Source: Myxococcales bacterium
Lineage (GTDB): Bacteria > Myxococcota > Myxococcia > Myxococcales > Anaeromyxobacteraceae
Reading direction: 5' to 3'
DNA: 29,967 nucleotides
NCBI GenBank assembly: GCA_038320275.1
Contig: JBBQEB010000028.1
Coordinates: forward strand, 1-29,967
Below, in pieces: positions 25,427 to 29,967 of this stretch. The position numbers and the translations under genes were made by a program. Position 1 is the stretch's first letter. Every line of letters starts with the position of its first letter. The notes beneath the pieces were generated by a model, which made no database searches, was not told the DNA's origin, and was given only the letters and a program-made list of their open reading frames with translations.

Positions 25427-26374
25427 GTGTCTGCCCGCGTGCTGGTCGTCGAGGACTCCCGAACGCAGGCCGAATGGCTCGTGCAGGTGCTCTCGCGCGA
25501 GGGCTACCAGACCACCGTCGCGGCCGACGGGCGCGAGGCCATCCGCAGGGTACGTACCGACCCCCCGGACCTCGTCCTCCTCGACATGATCCTGCCCGAC
25601 ATGGACGGGCTGGAGGTGCTGAGGCTCCTCAAGGCGGCCTCCGAGGAGTCGTTCATCCCCGTCATCCTGCTCTCCGTGAAGGCCGACGTGGAGTCGCGCG
25701 TTGCCGGGCTGCGCATCGGCGCGGACGACTTCCTCGCCAAGCCCTTCGCCGACGCGGAGATCCTGGCGCGGGCCGCGGCGATGCTTCGCATCAAGGGACT
25801 CCAGGACGGGCTGCGCGGCGCGAAGAACCGGCTGGAGAAGCTGTCGGCCACCGACGGCCTCACCGGGCTCTACAACCACCGTCATTTCCAGGAACGGCTG
25901 GGCGAGGAGTTCCGGAGGGCGCAGCGCTACAGCGATCCCATGTCGCTCATCATGCTCGACCTCGATCACTTCAAGAGCGTGAACGACCGCTTCGGCCACC
26001 CGTTCGGCGACCGCGTGCTGCGCGAAACGGCCGAGCGCATCCGCTCCTCCGTTCGAGAGCCTGACGTCTGCGCGCGTTACGGGGGCGAGGAGTTCGCGGT
26101 CATCCTTCCCGCCACCCACCTCCAAGGAGCCCTCTCCGTGGGCGAGCGCATCTTCAAGACGCTGCGCGCCAAGACGTACCAGGCCGATGACGGCGAGGTG
26201 GTGCGGGTGACGGCCTCGGCGGGGATCTCCTTCTACCCGTCGAAGGACGTGACGAGCCCCGAGGTCCTGTTGAAGTTCGCCGACGACGCGCTCTACCGGG
26301 CCAAGCGCGAGGGCCGTGACGCCATCTACCTGGTGCAGGCGCAATCCTACCGGTACGACTTTAGCGGGCGCTGA
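25427..26374 (+). CDS. Response-regulator diguanylate cyclase (REC-GGDEF)
   Basis: REC: VVEDS, LLDMILPDMDG, LSVK, FLAKPF. GGDEF: DGLTGLYN, DLDHFKSVNDRFGH..GD, I-site REPD, RYGGEEF, ADDALYRAK. Confidence 0.95.
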   Translation: MSARVLVVEDSRTQAEWLVQVLSREGYQTTVAADGREAIRRVRTDPPDLVLLDMILPDMDGLEVLRLLKAASEESFIPVILLSVKADVESRVAGLRIGADDFLAKPFADAEILARAAAMLRIKGLQDGLRGAKNRLEKLSATDGLTGLYNHRHFQERLGEEFRRAQRYSDPMSLIMLDLDHFKSVNDRFGHPFGDRVLRETAERIRSSVREPDVCARYGGEEFAVILPATHLQGALSVGERIFKTLRAKTYQADDGEVVRVTASAGISFYPSKDVTSPEVLLKFADDALYRAKREGRDAIYLVQAQSYRYDFSGR

Positions 26375-26392
26375 CCCACCCCCGAACTGATA

Positions 26393-26425
26393 TCGGGTTT
26401 ATTTTCACCCGAGGGGTGTTATCGT
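26393..26425 (+). promoter_or_regulatory. AT-rich promoter-like region with palindromic operator candidate
   Basis: TCGGGT-N8-ACCCGA (26393-26412) encloses TTATTTTC; extended -10-like TGtTATCGT at 26417-26425. Confidence 0.45.
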
Positions 26426-26516
26426 ACCCGGGTGCCGGAACGAGCGAAGCCCTGCAAAGACTGCCAAGCCGCCGGATCTGGCTTGGGCCCGTGCCGTGCA
26501 CGTCCCGTTACCGGCC

Positions 26517-28055
26517 ATGCAGTCGTCACCTCCAACCGAGCGTCGCGCGGCGTTCAAGATGGGTGAGTCCTCGCTCCTCATCGTGGACGACGACGAGCAC
26601 GTGCGGCGAGCGCTGCGCCGCGTGCTCCGAAGAGCTCCCTGCCAGGTGCTCGAGGCGGGCGACGCGGAGGAGGGGCTGGCGCTCCTGGAGCGGAACCCGG
26701 TGCACGTGGTGGTCTCCGACTACCGCATGCCGGGAGAGTCCGGCGTCCAGTTCCTCGCCAAGGTGAAGGAGCGCTGGCCCCGCACCCAGCGCGTGCTCCT
26801 GACCGGCCAGGCCGACACCACCGCCATCGAGGAGGCGGTCAACAAGTCGGAGATCTTCCGCTTCATCTGGAAGCCGTGGGATGACAGCCACCTCCTGCTC
26901 ACCATCCAGAGCGCCATCGACCAGTACTGGCTGGTGGAGGAGAACGGCCGGCTCTCCCAGCTCCTCACCGAGCGAAACGCCGAGCTCGAGCTCTCCAACC
27001 GCGAGCTGGACGAAAAGCTGGCGCAGCGGTCGCAAGCGCTGGTGCGCGCGGCGGAGGAGTGGCGCGCCTGCTTCGACGCCATCTCCGACCCGCTCGCCAT
27101 CGTACGGCCGGACGGCGAGGTGGTGCGCGGCAACGCCGCCTTCTCGCGCTTCGCCGGGGTGGAGCTGAACCGGATGCCGGGGCTGCGCGCGGAGCGGGGC
27201 GGGTACGGCGCCCTGCCAGCGCTCCACTCCACCTCGGGCGAGGGCGGCACCTTCGACACCGAGCTGCAGCACGGTGGCCGCGCCTGGCTCGTGCGCGCCT
27301 TTGCCTTCGCCAGTCGCGGGGCGGTCATCTCCTGGAAGGACGTGACCGAAGAGCGCGAGGTCTCCCGGCGCCTGCTCCAGGCAGAAAAGATGGCCGCGGT
27401 GGGTCAGCTCGCCGGCGGCGTGGCGCACGAGATCAACAACCCTCTGGGCGGGATCCTGGCCTTCGCGCAGCTCATGAGCCGCGAGGACCGGCCCAAGGAG
27501 GACATCGAGTACCTGCATCTCATCGCAGACGCGGCCACTCGCGCCAAGAAGATCGTGGAGTCGCTGCTCCGGTTCTCCCGCCGGCCGAAGCAGGAGGAGC
27601 GCGGGCCGGTGGACCTCGCGAAGGTCGCCGAGGACGCCCTCTTCCTCATGAAGGCGCAGATGACGGACGGGGTGAAGGTGGAGCGGGAGCTCGCGCCCGC
27701 GGTGGCCATGGGCAACGGCAACCTCCTGCAGCAGATCCTCGTGAACCTGCTCGTGAACGCGCTTCAGGCGCTGGGTGGCCGCGGCCGCATCCGCGTCAGC
27801 ACCGGGCCAGGCCCCGGGCCGGACAGGGTGCAGGTCGCGGTCGCCGACGACGGCCCGGGAATCCCCGAGGAGCTGGCGAGCCGCGTCTTCGAGCCGTTCT
27901 TCACCACCAAGCCCGAGGGGCAAGGCACCGGCCTCGGTCTGTCGATCTGCTATCGCATCGCCGAGGAGCACGGTGGGACCATCCATCACGAGCCGGCGCC
28001 GGGTGGTGGCGCCCGCTTCGTCCTCGAGCTTCCCACCCCGCGCGTCGAGATTTGA
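26517..28055 (+). CDS. Hybrid histidine kinase (REC - coiled coil - PAS - HisKA - HATPase, NtrB-like); start could be 26496, 26517 or 26559
   Basis: [28 protein letters not shown]...NAAF (PAS); [49 protein letters not shown]. Confidence 0.93.
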   Translation: MQSSPPTERRAAFKMGESSLLIVDDDEHVRRALRRVLRRAPCQVLEAGDAEEGLALLERNPVHVVVSDYRMPGESGVQFLAKVKERWPRTQRVLLTGQADTTAIEEAVNKSEIFRFIWKPWDDSHLLLTIQSAIDQYWLVEENGRLSQLLTERNAELELSNRELDEKLAQRSQALVRAAEEWRACFDAISDPLAIVRPDGEVVRGNAAFSRFAGVELNRMPGLRAERGGYGALPALHSTSGEGGTFDTELQHGGRAWLVRAFAFASRGAVISWKDVTEEREVSRRLLQAEKMAAVGQLAGGVAHEINNPLGGILAFAQLMSREDRPKEDIEYLHLIADAATRAKKIVESLLRFSRRPKQEERGPVDLAKVAEDALFLMKAQMTDGVKVERELAPAVAMGNGNLLQQILVNLLVNALQALGGRGRIRVSTGPGPGPDRVQVAVADDGPGIPEELASRVFEPFFTTKPEGQGTGLGLSICYRIAEEHGGTIHHEPAPGGGARFVLELPTPRVEI

Positions 28056-28087
28056 ACCACGTCTTCCCGAGAAGGAGAGCAGACACC

Positions 28088-29566
<1,479 letters not shown>

Positions 29567-29599
29567 CAGCTCGGGAGGGGAGGCCGCAGGGCGAGCGGG

Positions 29600-29965
29600 T
29601 CACTCCCAGCCGAGGAACGCCCGCGCCTCGTCGAAGATCCGCTGCACCGAGGCGATGAGCTCGTGGCCGTCGTCCACGGCGACGAGGCTCGCCGTGGGCG
29701 TCCGCTCCACCCAGGCCGCGACGTCCTCGAGCGGCACCGTCTCGTCTCGCCGGCCTGCGATGCAGAGCGCCGGGATGGAGACCTCCGGGAAGGCCGGCAG
29801 GCCCGCGGCGTCCTCCATGAAGGACCACCCCAGCCTGCGCGTGCGCCCGCTCGCGAAGTGGTTCACCTCGAGGCCGCGCTCTCGCCAGGCACGCTCGTCT
29901 GATGGCGTGAGCCGCCCGCGCCAGCGGTCGAACAGGCGAAAGGCCGGCGAGAGGAGGACGAGCTT
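29600..29965 (-). CDS. Alpha/beta hydrolase (YqiA/YcfP-like), C-terminal part (runs off the right edge)
   Basis: Frame open from the edge: KLVLLSPAF ... CIAGRRDETVP (Asp) ... DDGHEL (His). Confidence 0.8.
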   Translation of the reverse strand, partial: KLVLLSPAFRLFDRWRGRLTPSDERAWRERGLEVNHFASGRTRRLGWSFMEDAAGLPAFPEVSIPALCIAGRRDETVPLEDVAAWVERTPTASLVAVDDGHELIASVQRIFDEARAFLGWE

Positions 29966-29967
29966 CT

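Noticed and set aside
23978..26344. Long antisense or alternate-frame ORFs (788 aa here; also 2285-4501, 8120-9919, 26526-27989, 4405-5985)
   Set aside because: Expected in high-GC DNA where stops are scarce; they overlap well-supported genes and show no motifs.
27059..28087. N-terminal extension of the 835-aa ORF, suggesting a giant NtrC protein
   Set aside because: Shadow frame over the hybrid kinase; the SD and REC domain begin at ATG 28088.

Overview
High-GC bacterial window (roughly 70-75% by eye). The gene content (sigma-54 NtrC-type activator, VKOR-DsbA fusion, Cys-rich exported proteins) suggests an Anaeromyxobacter-like Myxococcota genome; this is inference. Left to right: the end of glgE and an in-frame maltokinase-GlgB fusion; a VKOR-DsbA fusion with a small exported partner; a standalone LuxR-type HTH gene plus sodC; crcB/fluC coupled to a DEAD-box helicase; a MOSC protein; and an orphan four-helix-bundle sensor domain. 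Next is a lower-GC, translationally coupled three-gene cassette: an unknown helical pseudo-repeat protein, a double-domain KaiC-like ATPase (S-F where KaiC has S431-T432), and a soluble PAS histidine kinase, with no kaiA, kaiB or response regulator. This is the best candidate for a poorly described signalling system. It is followed by Spy/CpxP-like and YciI genes, two exported low-complexity proteins, an ABC-2 exporter whose permease is frameshifted in a C8 tract, TPR-fabI, an MBL hydrolase, an IscA-family protein, an SDR with a PduO-type adenosyltransferase, a standalone circularly permuted ATP-grasp ligase, a REC-GGDEF cyclase, a hybrid kinase with an NtrC-type regulator, and a partial alpha/beta hydrolase. 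I found no tRNA, rRNA, CRISPR array, transposase or integrase. All family calls come from recognising motifs by eye, not from database searches.
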